This document shows positions 49,367 to 63,199 of a stretch of 64,000 nt of DNA, one piece after another. Where the stretch lies: the NCBI RefSeq assembly GCF_963676685.1, contig NC_092353.1, positions 54,932,001-54,996,000 on the forward strand. The letters run 5' to 3'. Every line of letters begins with the position of its first letter. Positions within the stretch are counted from its first letter, which is position 1. The notes under the pieces were generated by a model. It was not told the origin of the DNA. It did no database searches and was given only the letters and a program-made list of their open reading frames with translations. The DNA is from Mytilus edulis. Its lineage: Eukaryota. Position numbers and translations under genes: made by a program.

Positions 49367-51751
49367 ATTCTACCCTAGTTCTTGACTTCTTCCAATATAA
49401 TAACAGACTTACCCTTGTCCTAGCACTCCCTTTGTGTTGAGGTGGATATTGTTCTTTAAATATTGTTTTACATACATTAGTGACACATCTTCATTAAAGC
49501 TCATGATTTGGGGAGGAGGCGTGGTGGCTCATCACAATTCACAGAAAATAAATTTCCATGATCACGGATCACGAAAATATATATATAAAAAATACTGTAG
49601 AAAAAAAGATCAGGATAGCAAAAATACACCGATCACGAAGAACGAAAATAACCCAGGTTACTAAGTTGCACAGATTCCATTGTACTCTCACAGATCTCTA
49701 ACCAAACAGATAAGAGAGGAATTTAACAAAACAAACATACAAATAGAGATATTTAAGGTGTATATTCTGTTTTGCACAAAAAATGTTGGGGTTTATCCCC
49801 TAAATGGGTCAACATTAACAGAGCCAGGGGTGCTCTATGGTTTTGAACACCCTTCCCCCTTTTTTAAAAATTATAGTTTTTGTCGGGTTTTTTTCTAAAA
49901 GATCTGAACATTTTATGGTGTTCTTTTGATTGAAACCTCCCTTTTTCAAAATGTAGCCTGGAAAAATAATAATACTCCTGTCCAAATGGGATTTAATTTT
50001 GCTGTCTCCCAAAAAAGTATTTTTGGATTTACATGTACTAATATACATGTATAAAGAGTAAATGTAAGTAAAAATGTATAATCAGTGTTCTCTCCAGATA
50101 TTTTATTTAGCATCCTGGTAAACAGGGGAAATTGAAATACCATCTTGTTTATAAAAATTATAGCATCACATCCATAATATAATCTATTAAGACAATTTCA
50201 AATAGCATCACATTTAAGATTAAAGCATCACATTACCATGATGCTAAAAGGCTCTGGGGAGAACACTGATATAATGTGTAGTTTTTACATCTTTAAGTTA
50301 GCAAAATTTTTGAATATCCAATTGTTTGTTAATTTCATCCCTTGAATATGCTGATTTTCAGAGGGATCAATCTAGAAACTTGTTAACTTCTGGAAAACTA
50401 AGTTACCAAAAATTGCTACTGTTGAGATTCACAAATGCACTTTTAAATAGTTCTGCTAAATCCCAAAATTCTGATTATTTTGCCCTGAAAAATAATTAAA
50501 ATTCATATTTCCCTTATTTTGAAAGTTTCTCAGGTGAATAAATCTAGCAACTAATTTATTTTATTGGAAAGTTCATTTGGATATCGAAAGCAAGGTGACC
50601 AAAAGGAGAAAAACCAATATCCCTGTCTTTCACATTGTTCTGGGTCTATTTTTGTGCAAAGGGTATCTGAATTTTAAGTTATTGCCCCTGAATTGATGAA
50701 TATAAGGAAATTTTGCAGTTTTCAGTTATATTATTATAGATATTCAATATTATATTGAAAAGCAAAAATAATCATTGATGAAGTATTTAAGCAAAATAAA
50801 ACAGGTGAGCAATTCAGGCTCGTGAGAACCTCTTCTTCCTGTTGGAGCTTCACTTCTCCCTGAAGTTTCCATGTTGGGTCTTAATCCTATTTCGCCATGT
50901 TTGTCTTGATATATAAGAAGATGTGGTATAAGTGCCAATGAGACAACTCTCCATCCAAATCACAATTTGTAAAAGTAAACCATTATAGGACAAAGTACGT
51001 TCTTCAACAGAGAGTCTTGGCTTACACCTAACAGCAAGCTATAAAGGGCCCTAAGGCTGGCTGCCTACAAGAAGTTACATTTCCCTATAATTCCTAAGTG
51101 TGATAACCCTTGTGTATCTGTACATGCTTCAGTATTCTCACCACATACATGTATGATAATAAGATGTATATTTTTGCATTTGCAATTGTCAACCAGGAAT
51201 TTTAAAATTGATTATTTTTAATTATAGCATAACATCTTTAACAAAATCTGCAAAAAAAAAGTCATTTTAGAAATTATCAAATACATGAAATACTCATGAT
51301 GCTAAATGGCTTTGAGCAAATGTTGAGAAAAAACATGTATCCAAATGTATCTTGTTCCAATTTATTCCATAATATTCTATAAATATGTACAGCTGTATGC
51401 ATCATATTTCATGTAATTCTAGTATATTTACATGTAGGTTTACAGAATTAGATCTTCACTTCTTTTAATCTAATAAAAAAGCTAGAATTACTTTTACCAT
51501 CATAGATATATATTGCTTGTGATAAATGTGCAATTATCTTTTCCATTCAGTTGATAAAATTCATTGACTAATATATACCAAGGCTTATAATCTTCATGAT
51601 CATGCTATATCTATTGTGCATGTTCATAAATTATTCAGGTGATGTTTGAACTGGTGCAGATCTAATTAGACAAGCTTCTAAAACGCTATAATCTATATTT
51701 TGTTACATTTTCATATGTATATGTACATGTAACAGAGTACATGTAATTGGA

Positions 51752-52157
51752 ATATCTAAATTTAGAAAATTTCATTTTATTGTTATCAAAACATCAAATA
51801 AAAAAAAAAAAAAAGCTGCATAGAACAATCCTGTACATGAAACTTTTACATACTAAATTAGTATGTAAAAGTTTCATGTACAGGATTGTTCTATGCAGAA
51901 TACTTTTTTTTTTTTCAATTTGATGTTTTGATAACAATGAAATGAAATTTTCTAAATGTAATGACAAACTAAAGAGAATATTGGATTACTGGGTATATCT
52001 AAATTTAGAAAATTTCATTTTATTGTTATCAAAACATCAAATTAAAAAAAAAAAAAAAGCTGCGTAGAACAATCCTGTACATGAAACTTTTACATACAAA
52101 TCACAAACTAAAGAGAATATTGGATTATATCTAAATTTAGAAAATTTCATTTTATTG
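51752..52157. repeat. Duplication-inversion-duplication structure with ~98-bp-arm hairpin
   Basis: Arms 51760-51856 and 51858-51957 around a 1-nt loop; direct copies at 51995-52097 and partial at about 52104-52157. Confidence 0.85.
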
Positions 52158-54759
52158 AAATCAAAACTAATTAAAATCAAAAATTAATGCTGTATAGTCA
52201 TGTTACATTGTAGTATTTCTCTTGAACCGGGTACATAAAAAATAAAAAGTTCAAGTCCAGTAGCTGTTGTTTGACTTGTACCTGTCAGACAACCAAAAAA
52301 GACATGTACATGTATCAACATATATTTGATTGTTTTTGGAGTTTTATGCCCAAGCATCGTTAAAAGGCTATAAAATGGTAGTATACATGAAATAGTTTGT
52401 ATGAAAATGAATTGAAAAGTGGTCTAAATTGGACATTAAAAGGGGATCAAAATAAAAGGTCAATATTTCAAAGGTCACAGTCAAAACAGCAATTGATAAA
52501 GTAACAACTTTAAAAAAAGGGGGGGGGGGGGGTTCCTTTACAAATATTGTTATCCCCAATTTAATGAAAAAAAAATATTTGTGGCCATGCAGATAACTCT
52601 AAAAAATATGGAGATCCAGATTTTCTACATACATGTAGCTTACAGTGTTAAAATTTTGAAGAAAAAAATTTCATTGATAGTCATGATAGTGACGAAAAAC
52701 TAAATAAGGCCAACCTTAAAAATATGTTTGTTTGAAGTTTTCCGACTGTACCTTCAGACTAAAGGGTCGGTAGGTAGGAAAAATATTTTATTTTATCAGC
52801 CAAAATACAGTTTAAACAAGCAGTTACACTAAACCAAGTTTCTTGTGAAGAAAAAAACCCATTTTATAACCGTGACAACAAACACTGGACATGCTGAAAA
52901 CCAACATCAAATGAACAGGCATTTTCAGATAAAAAAAACTTTTTAACCAAAACTGAAACTTTAACATAGTGTCATTATCCAATTTATGACATAAAATATG
53001 GTATAATTATTAAATACTGGAACACTTATAAACAAGGAATGTCATTATGACTAGAACTGTTTTAAAGAAATATATTCAGACATGTATGCTTCTTGACTAG
53101 AATGTTTTCAAGAGTAGAGTATTTTCATCAGAAAAATGTAGATATTAAAGATTTAATTGAAAAAAAGGCAACTTGAAAAAAGTATTAAAACATTCGACTG
53201 TTTTCATATTTCTAACAATATTTAATTATATGTGACAAGGTTATATTTTTGCCAGACTTTAATGAAAACCAAAGAAATCTAAATATGGGGTGAAATCCAT
53301 AGCACCCCATTAAAAGTAAATGGTCTGTACTGAAATGTTTTTAATGCATAAAAAAAATTGGCAGCATAGCTCCTAAGGACATGTTTTAATTGAATTCACA
53401 CAGGCCACACAGTTTGGGTTCATTTAATATTGTAAGAAAGAGAATAATTGCAATGAGTGGGGCAGCCCCGCTTATCCTAAAGGAGCATACTCATTGCAAT
53501 CGATTTAATATAGAGAGAGTATATTTATTTTTCAAGCTAACCATTCATTTTCTCTACATCTTTGTGTAGTTAGGGTTGCTTCTTATTGATTTGGCATGAT
53601 CTATATCCATTAACATTTCAAATGAGCCCTTCCTCCGCACAGGCGTGTTTACAGATATCCATGAAGATTTAAGTCACGGAGGAATGGTTTCATCTTTGTC
53701 GTCTTCACAACGATTTGTAGAAAATATGCCATACTTCAAGCTGCTGTCGAATTATTTAACCACTGAAATTGGTTCCATAAAGTCAGGCTCCACAGATTCT
53801 GTACCCGATTTGTTTGAGACAGAATGGTTATTGTGTCAGTTATGAATATCCGCTGCATCATCGTCAATGATATCATCACACATCATTACATGTGCCTGAA
53901 TCTGTATAAACAGTTTACTAATAAACTTTTTTGTTTGTTATTTGTCTTAAAATTGACACGAGATGACAGCGTAAAGTACTCCTCCGTGTCTCAATGGATA
54001 CCTGTAAACAATTTCCACGTGCTTTATCATTAAATGGTCACATGAACGCTTGACGGGAAGCTAAAAAAAAAAACGAACTTGAAATGCGTAATTGACCCAG
54101 ACTTTAAATCATTTCCGAAAAGGACCCAAAGTTCCGGATCGCGTCAATAGAAATATTAAAAAAAAAAATCTTCAAATTTAAGCAATAAAATTTTCACAGT
54201 CGGGAGGATTTTCAAGGGTCGGTCGGTAAACTGCAAACAAACAATATTTTAATTTAAGCCTAAAATTGTTCACACTGTGTGCAAAAAAAAATTGTCTGAC
54301 TCAGACAAAAAAAACGTACCCCTTTGAAGTTCAATGGTTGTTCCCTTTTTTTGGGGGAGGGGGGCTACTTTTTTTATCAGTTTATCCTGACTTTTTTTAC
54401 ATAAATTGTCATCCTGCCTTATTTTTTTACTCAAAACTCCTGTCCTGCTGTTTTTTCAAGTTTCATCCTAGTTTAAACTGGTAGAAACATAAGCATCGAA
54501 CATTAATACAATGTATTTATAGGCCTCTATCTCTTGTAGTACTAGTTGTCTGCCATAACTTTTTAAACCCACTACTACTACTACTACTACTACTTCTGAT
54601 CACTTCTAGTTAATTGTTGTAGGACCTGAAATGTTTTATTTTTGCAAAGTCTGAAGTAAAATATATTCCTACATGTATAAAATTGTTTTACTTTTAATTA
54701 AAACAGTTCAGAGTTGAGGAAAATGGATAACATGAGCAAATAGAACTTTCTATAATTAA

Positions 54760-55159
54760 GAGGCTGTCCATGGAAAAACCAGGCAGTGGATGGCACATGA
54801 CATATTTTGTTTTCATTTTTTTTTTTATCTATTTCATATCACAAATTCATTCTTTCTCAAAGTTAAATTTTGTGTTTTTATTAACTGCAACAAATAAAGA
54901 GAAAAAAAAATACATAAAAAGCACTGAAAATTCATTGAAAAGGGGAGATAACTCTTCATTTTGTACAAAATTTTGTTGCATTGTAAGTGAACTTAAAATC
55001 ATTTTTTGAGCCATCCACTGTTGATTCAAAAATATCTTTGACACATACATCCTTTGTATGATATAAACATGGCATTGGAACCAAAAATTAAGTGGGAAAA
55101 AAATTAAATGTGTGCCACCCATATCATAGGATTTGCCTGATATTTACTTGGACAGCCTC
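54760..55159. mobile_element. Kolobok-like MITE
   Basis: TTAA|GAGGCTGTCCA ... TGGACAGCCTC|TTAA. Confidence 0.7.
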
Positions 55160-56274
55160 TTAAGAACATGCAGTCTAGATACATCATGTTTGATGTGATG
55201 TTCAATTATCTATAAGCACACATGATGTTGGGTTAACCAATATACTGATAACACCTTAAGATTTAATGACAGAGTGCTAGATTTGGATGCTTTTAACAAA
55301 AGACTACTGTTGACTGCAAACAACATGTGACATGATAGATTCTTGCATAGGTTGGAGTTGTGTCCCTTTATCATGTTCTTAATTTTAAACCTATATCTAA
55401 TTACTACATAGAAATTCCAAGAAATGTCTTATTAATGGGAGGGCAATATTCAATATTAAATAGACTTGAAATAGATTGTTTGTGAAGATGGGAAATAAAG
55501 ATTTGAAGATGTTACATACATGTAACAGGTAGGGAATTTTTAATCTCTTTTCCTAAGAATACAAAATGAATAATTATCTAATTTAACTTGACACCCTAAG
55601 AAGATACACTGCAGATAACTATAAAGTAAACAATGTGTTTTTTTCTTGCAAAGTTTGTTTACTTTATCGACCAGCTGCGACTGATGTTGAGTTTAAATCA
55701 TTTTGTTTACATTTCTGACACCACGACTGTATTTATCGATCATGGAATCATGTTGATGTTTTAGGATCATGTTTATGTTTTAATAAGGACAATGACATTT
55801 GGCATAATTGTAACAATTGGTAATAGATTCTGCATTGACATTCATTAGCGTCTTTTGTGTTACATAAACATATTTATATTGTTGTTGTTGATATAATAAC
55901 CTCAAAGAACAATTGTTTTCATGCACTTTAAAAATCACAATATAGGTTATATATATATATACTAGAATGTGTGCATTCAGTTGGAACTAGACATTGTAGT
56001 TATAAACAGTGAAGTTAAGATTGCGATCATATTTCTTTTATTTTTTCAAAGTTGTGGTTAAATGACCCAAAGATTTTGTCAACCCAATTACATTGCACTA
56101 ATGATGGCAAAAATTCAAATATAGTATAGAGGTTCATTTGTACGTGTAGTACATGACCTTGCATATACATGTATATACATGATATATGCATATTCTGTTT
56201 TTAAAAAATTGTAAGGTTTTCCTTTAAGGGTACATTGTCTTTTTTAAATCTTTTATCAATGATTATGAGGATTA

Positions 56275-56510
56275 GGCCAAATAAAAATATATGTGTGGTT
56301 CCAGTAACCCTACCTTCCATACTTTTTCGCCTCAAAAATAGCCTACCCGAAAGATTTTATTGTCTTTTTTCAATAAGCACTGTTAAAGTTAGAATGTTGC
56401 TCCCATAGACTCAATGTAAACAAAACCCATAAAATTAAAAAAAAACCTACCTACCTACCCTAACTTTTTTTCAGATGTAACTGGAACCACACATACTTTT
56501 ATATTTGGCC
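56275..56510. mobile_element. PIF/Harbinger-like MITE
   Basis: TTA|GGCCAAATA...ATGTGTGGTTCCAGT ... ACTGGAACCACACAT...TATTTGGCC|TTA; relatives near 22888-23134 and 52708-54262. Confidence 0.75.
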
Positions 56511-57658
56511 TTACAAATATTTTGATTAACATACATGTATTCAAAAAAAGATTGACAAAACGTTCATCAGACAGTGCCAGTGATTGGTCAATGAGTTTTG
56601 AAAAGGGGCTCATCAAGCATGTTTGCCTCAAAAGCGGGAGGTGACTTCAAAATCAGATAAAAAATTGTACCAAAAAAATGTTAACCAAAAAATCACTGAA
56701 TTAAAATTATGGGCTTTAACTTTAAGGAGCTTTTCCAATCCCCTCCCCTTTACTGATCTTCCTGCTGTCTTCAACATGTAAGATAGATGAAGTTATACAT
56801 GCAATAAAACAACCAAACAACTCAAAAGACTCCAAAGACATTTAAAGTACAAGACAAATGTTATAGTAATGTAACATTTTGAATGAATATCAAACATAAA
56901 CATGATTTCAGCTCTTTGGTAAGGTTGTTGTCTGACACATTCCCCATTTCATTATTCTCAATCTTATACATGTTATAAAGGAGGTGGATCTAGGAAGTTG
57001 ACATTTCAATAGATAAAAGAGGTGCTATGGTCACAATGGTGTTAATGAATTGTCTAAATCACACCTTAATGTCATTCATCTTGAAGTCTTTATCGACCAA
57101 CTTTAAAGATAAAGTTCTGTTGAAACATAATAAGCACTCATATCTTCACGATCTTTAAGTTAATTGGAATCAAAATATCTTATGAGGTAGGTTTCCCCGT
57201 TTTTTATGTTCTCTGAATGTTGAAAGTAAGATGGTACTGGAAATTGCATGTTTTTATTGTTCTTTATTATGTTTATGTAAGTTACTGTTTGTGTATTTTT
57301 GTGAACTTGTATACATAGTATAAATAGGTCAATTTTCGCAGTTTGGGAATAGAACTAAAAAATAATACTTTAAGTCGAAATGTACTTTTTTGAAGTCATA
57401 CATATTTCATTAGGAAAAAGCAATTTTTACCTTCAGTTTATAAGAAGTAAACAACAAAAATATTGAAAATAGGAAAATTCAAAACAGAAAGACCCTAAAC
57501 AAATGGCAAGTTCAAAGCTCAAACACATCTAATGAATGGATATAACAACTGCCATATTACTGACTTGGTACACACATTTTCTTATGTAAAAAAATGATGG
57601 ATTAAACCTGGTTTTATAGCTGGCTAAACCTCTCACTATTATATTAAATTTCAGGAAG

Positions 57659-57801
57659 ATGAAAGTAGTTTGTGTGCTTGACAGCTGGGGTAAAACCACA
57701 CCCAATGTGGATAGACAGTCTGTAACAGCTACAACAAACCTAGGGGCAATCGATTCCCCAAGAAGGGCAGCCTTATGTGTCTTAGAAAAGGTTTGCAAAA
57801 G
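57659..57801 (+). CDS. MAP3K15: ASK-family MAP kinase kinase kinase (MAP3K5/MAP3K15-like), first coding exon
   Basis: TTTCAG acceptor (exon starts 57655), MKVVCVLD...RRAALCVLEKVCK, phase-2 donor AAAG|GTAAGT matching the next exon. Likely co-orthologue of vertebrate MAP3K5/6/15. Confidence 0.8.
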
Positions 57802-58245
57802 GTAAGTGTATAATTAACATCTAATATGTAATATAGGGGAGGGAAGGAGGGTAAACCATTCTGCATGGCTGTTAGTCATAAAACTTAACTCAGTGTTTGG
57901 GAATACATTCATGTGACATTGTACAATCAAGTTTTGGCTTGAAACACTAAATCCAGTATTTTGATTGGTTGAATTCTGAGTCTGAGTATGATAATTGTAC
58001 TCCAAATGTTTATGTCTGCAGGGCGAACACAATACAAGAAAGTCATTTAGATTACCGATATGTAGGTAAATACTCTATACTTCAACAGAAATGTATCGAT
58101 TTTAATAAAAGAAAATCCATAAATTTTTTATAAGGTAGGCATAAAATTTAGAATATGTAGGAAACAGATCACAAGAATTGTTTGGCCTCCTTAGAAATAC
58201 CAACGTTTATACCAATTCTAGTCCTTATAATGCTTTATATTCCAG

Positions 58246-58468
58246 TGTTGAAGCTAGCTTAGAGCATGTTCCATTTAAGAAGTTAGATTTTGGCAGTACC
58301 TCAGTGTTAGAAGAGTTTTACAATGCTGATGTTGTGGTCGTGGATATGACGATACCAGTGCAACAGTCAGCTTTATTTTATCATATTGGTGTACGACAGA
58401 GTATGGGCATGAAACACAACATTGTCCTATTTTATGACACTGATGTGGAACAGTCTTTATCACTTAAG
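58246..58468 (+). CDS. MAP3K15: ASK-family MAP3K, second coding exon (thioredoxin-binding domain)
   Basis: LEHVPFKKLDFGSTSVLEEFYNADVVVVDM...LFYHIGVRQSMGMKHNIVLFYDT matches recalled ASK1 LHFGKLDFGETTVLDRFYNADIAVVEM...LFYHLGVRES; AAG|GTGAGT donor; the gene continues beyond the window. Confidence 0.93.
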
Positions 58469-61119
58469 GTGAGTTTCAGAAGTGGTTGTGTCCAAACTGT
58501 AGAATTTTCTTTCGAGTTGAATGTCATTAAAATTTGAGATACAAGCCAGAGTTAGGAGTACTTGACATGTAATTTTGACCCTTTATGCACACATCATTTC
58601 CTGTAGCATGTGTAGTATGAGAGAATTTATCAGATTTTTTGTTTGTTTTTTGGTTTCAACATGTCCAAGCAGGTGAGACATCATGAACATATCCCAGTTT
58701 GAAAGGGTTTATTGAAAGTAAGTTAGTATAGCACTCTTTTTGAGTTTTTCGTAAGTCAGGATACCGTAATTCAGTGGTTCTAATTGGTTGCTGTTTGTCA
58801 TATACATGTTTCTTTTTTGTTTTTAGCAATGATCAGGCAGTTTGTTTTTTCATTTAATTGTAGATTGTTCACATTTTGTCATGCATTTTTACAGCTAACT
58901 GTATGGCCATGGTATACCTTTTGCTTATTGTTGAGGACCATGCAGTTAACTAAACTGTCTGGTACCAATATTGTTTGCTCATTGTTGAAGATCATGCAGT
59001 ATCCTGTTGTTGTTGACATCCTTGCTCTTCGGTCTGATGGATTGTTCATTTACATATAACATCCCTGTATTTTCATACCAGTATAATGTTTTTCTTAAAG
59101 CATGAATATGTTGTATAAAAATATGTTGTATCGAGCACGACAGATCATTGTAAGATAAATTTAAAAGGTTTCACCCTTTCACTTAATCATTGTTAATGAT
59201 TTACTCTGACGTTCATTTTTTCACTTGGAAAAAAAATATGCTTATCTTGAAAATGAAATAAAGGTAGCACTTTTGTCATAATTTTAAAATTGAAGCAACT
59301 CTCAGCTTAGGATTGAAAGATTAAAACATTTCCATTTCCATTTCCACTGAACTAGTACACCTTTTTGTTTAGGGGCTAGCTGGGGCTTGCCTATGGTTGC
59401 AGGATTTTCACGCTCTGTTGAAGAGCTATTGGTTGCCTTCTGGTATTTTCTGCTCTTTGGTCGGGTTGATGTCTCTTGACACATTCTCAATTTCCATTTT
59501 CAATTTTATTGAAATATATTTGATCAATTCAAACAAATTATGAAATTACAAACCGTTTCTAAGAATTTGGATAGCCTGCTAAATTTTATGTAATTAAGAT
59601 TATAAAGAGGATTAATGAGAGGTCTTTTCTATGTATGTGATAATCATATTTTAACAGTACATTTACATTTTCGCAAAGAAGACATTTATTTCAAGGATTT
59701 TCATAAATTTAGTAACCACATACAGTCTGGCAATGATTTTTACACTATTTGTTTGTAGGGATTCATGGGAGATGCCAGACAAAAGGTGCATTAGATATTG
59801 TTGTAAACCTGTTTGATTATTAACCATGTTGTTTCCATAGCTTCATATAACAATATAATCACATTGACCATTCCAATTTGTCACCAATTTATACATCCAT
59901 GTCTTTCCCTGTGAAGTAGTTGTCATGTAAATGCTTTAAATCATTCCATGGAAGATCTTAATGCCCCAGCAGTAGCAGAGGGGGCATTAAGTTTTATAAT
60001 TACTCTTGTCCTTCCTTCAGTCCTTATGCAAGTATGTACGTTCCAAAATTGCAGTGTTTCACGCTGAACTGCTAAATCTACAGGCCCGCAGCTCAATTTT
60101 TGAAAATTTTTAGTTAGATTCTGTTGGCCTGTATGTCTAATTTTTACAGGCCCGAGAGCAATTTTACCAGCCTGGGCTGCCTGGGCTGCCACTTGGCGTG
60201 AAGACTGAAATTGGTTTCAGTTCTCAAACTTTAGTTTGTCTCAACCAAATGTTATACACAATGCTTATAACCACAAAACACAGATCAAGTTTGAATTTTG
60301 GTGGCGTCACTTTAATTGTTCTAGAGTAATGTCCATTACAAATGGGAAAAATTGCTGATATTTTCGTTTCCGTTCTCTAACTTTAGTTTGCCTCAACCAA
60401 ATATTATGAAAGTTATACACAATGCTTATAATCAGAAAACACAGATCAAGCACAAATTTGGGTAGCCTCATTTTTACCATTGCTCAGTGATAACTTTATA
60501 TTATATGCAAGAGAGGGCATTATCTTTGTCCCATGGTCACATTTCCTATTTATTTGTTTATGAATCGTGCAATCCCCCTATATGTATCCATATATTAAAG
60601 TTTTGTCCAATCATTTAAGGTTTTTGTAGTATAGAAATTAGAAAAAAATAGCACATGCCAGTCTATTTGCATGAATTTGATGCAATGATTTCAAGTTATG
60701 TGATAAAATAACTCAAGAACACAATATCTAAGGGAAACGAATGTTAAGTTTGCCACTGAAAAAGGTGGATTCAAGGAATTAAAGTTTTTGTTTCTGTTAC
60801 ATCAAGGTTTAAATAGATTATAGGTTTATACTCTAAACTGGAGAAAATGACTGTGGAACAAAATGATAACCAAATTATCTGAAGTGTTGCTTTTTGACAA
60901 CACAGTTACATGTACGTTTGTGTTTATGAATATAAGGGAATTTGGGTAAACATCTTAGAGTGGTATTATCAGACTTTTTAGGCACAATAAGAAATACTAG
61001 CTGTTTCTACTTGTAATGATTCTAAACTCCATTTGCACATAAATCTCAACGTCATAAGTAGCGTGACGCTACAATACATACCTAGCGGTACCGCGAACTT
61101 CTAATGAACAGTCCTGAAC

Positions 61120-62075
61120 ACATGTCATTTAGAAAAATGTCATTGAGGCAGTATGTCATTGAGACTTATGACATTGAGGAGGTAGGTCATTGAAACAGTG
61201 TGTCATTTAGATAGAATTCCATTGAGACAGTATATTATTGATATAGTGTGTCATTGAGATAATATGTAATTGAGAAGTTGTCATTGAGAGTGTGTCATTG
61301 AGACTGTGCCATTGAGCTGAATGTCATTGAGACAGTGTGTCATTGAGACTTTGTCATTGAGAGTGTGCCATTGAGACTGTGCCATTGAGACTGTATACCA
61401 TTGAGCTGAATGTCATTGAGACTTTGTCATTGAGAGTGTGTCATTGAGACTGTGCCATTGAGACTGTATACCATTGAGCTGAATATAATTGAGACTTTGT
61501 CATTGAGAGTGTGTCATTGAGAGTGTGTCATTGAGACTGTGCCATTGAGACTGTATACCATTGAGCTGAATGTCATTGAGACAGTGTGTCATTGAGACTT
61601 TGTCATTGAGACTGTGCCATTGAGACTGTATACCATTGAGCTGAATGTCATTGAGACAATGTGTCATTGAGACTTTGTCATTGAGAGTGTGTCATTGAGA
61701 CTGTGCCATTGAGACTGTATACCATTGAGCTGAATGTCATTGAGACAGTGTGTCATTGAGACTTTGTCATTGAGACTGTGCCATTGAGACTGTATACCAT
61801 TGAGCTGAATGTCATTGAGACAATGTGTCATTGAGACTTTGTCATTGAGAGTGTGTCATTGAGACTGTGCCATTGAGACTGTATACCATTGAGCTGAATG
61901 TCATTGAGACAGTGTGTCATTGAGACTTTGTCATTGAGACTGTGCCATTGAGACTGTATACCATTGAGCTGAATGTCATTGAGACAATGTGTCATTGAGA
62001 CTTTGTCATTGAGAGTGTGTCATTGAGACTGTGCCATTGAGACTGTATACCATTGAGCTGAATGTCACAATGAGA
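61120..62075. repeat. Minisatellite (TGTCATTGAGA core, 14-16 bp monomers) with 164-bp higher-order repeat
   Basis: 164-bp units start at 61571, 61735 and 61899; degenerate monomers on the left edge. Confidence 0.92.
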
Positions 62076-63199
62076 CAATGTAAAAAGAACTAATGTAAAT
62101 GTCATTCTTCTGTAAATATGGAAAATCATTCACTTTGTAAAAAATATTAAAAAAAGAACAAATGTAAATGTCATTCTTCTGGAAATAATTCACTTTGTAA
62201 AAAAAATGCTAATTGCGTCAGAAGTTTTAGTGATGCATTATAAAGAAAGAAATCCTGATTTAAAAAACAAGTGATTGATTTCTTTTGGCATTTATTTATT
62301 TTGGATTATTGAAGATTTTACATATTTTAAGGAAGTTAAATAATGAAAAATTAAGGGAAATAAAAATGAACAATTTAAGGAAGTTTGAAACACGGAATGT
62401 AAAAAATTCAAGGAAGCTTAAAATTGAAAATTGAAATACCAGTTTATAAATCATTTGTTAAAATGTCAGTTAATTATGAGTATTGTCATGATTGTGTTAC
62501 TAAGCATAAAAATCTAGGTGTGTCAACTCATTTTATAATTTTTCTGGCTGTTGGATACCAACTTACATGAAATTCATGGTAATAGACTAAACAAACTTAA
62601 ATCTGCAATGAAAAATAAGTTTTCTTTAGAAATGTATGCAAAGTTTGGCAAAATCATGCAATAAAATATCAACAAAAGTTTTCTCAATCTATAAAAACTG
62701 CTACCCACAAAAATAAATTAATTGGTTGTGAATGGAAAGAACTTTATTATTGGGTAGACCTGACTGTCTGTAGTAAAAAGATACTGAAGGCTAAATTTAT
62801 GCAACATTTTAATTAAAAATGAGGCATTAGAGAAACTACTGTAAATTCAGAAATTATGCCTGTCACATATTTTGCAATAATAAAAACCTGGCAAATATAT
62901 CTGAATTTACAGTATACATGTATATACTTTTACAAATTGTGACTTGGATGGAGATTTGTCTCATTGGCACTCAAACCACACAGGAGCTGATCCAGCCATT
63001 TTTTTAAATATGGAGGGGGGAGGGGGTCCCACTATATGTCTCTAACTATATGCCCCAATTCAAATGCATTGATGGTCCCAAAAAATGGGGGTTCCAAAAC
63101 CCCAGAAACCCCATCACCCGCTCTGGATCCGCCACTACCACATCTTTTATATGTTATCATTTGACATGGATCCCCTAAATCCTATTTATATACAACTGC

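Noticed and set aside
53620-54033. Coding-looking segment (ORFs 53645-53845, 53824-54033) inside a Harbinger-like element
   Set aside because: Multiple stops in the most plausible minus frame and no recognisable motif; at most a decayed TE or captured fragment.
61120-62075. Possible CRISPR-like array
   Set aside because: No unique spacers, only 3-5 nt variable linkers; eukaryotic context with no cas genes.
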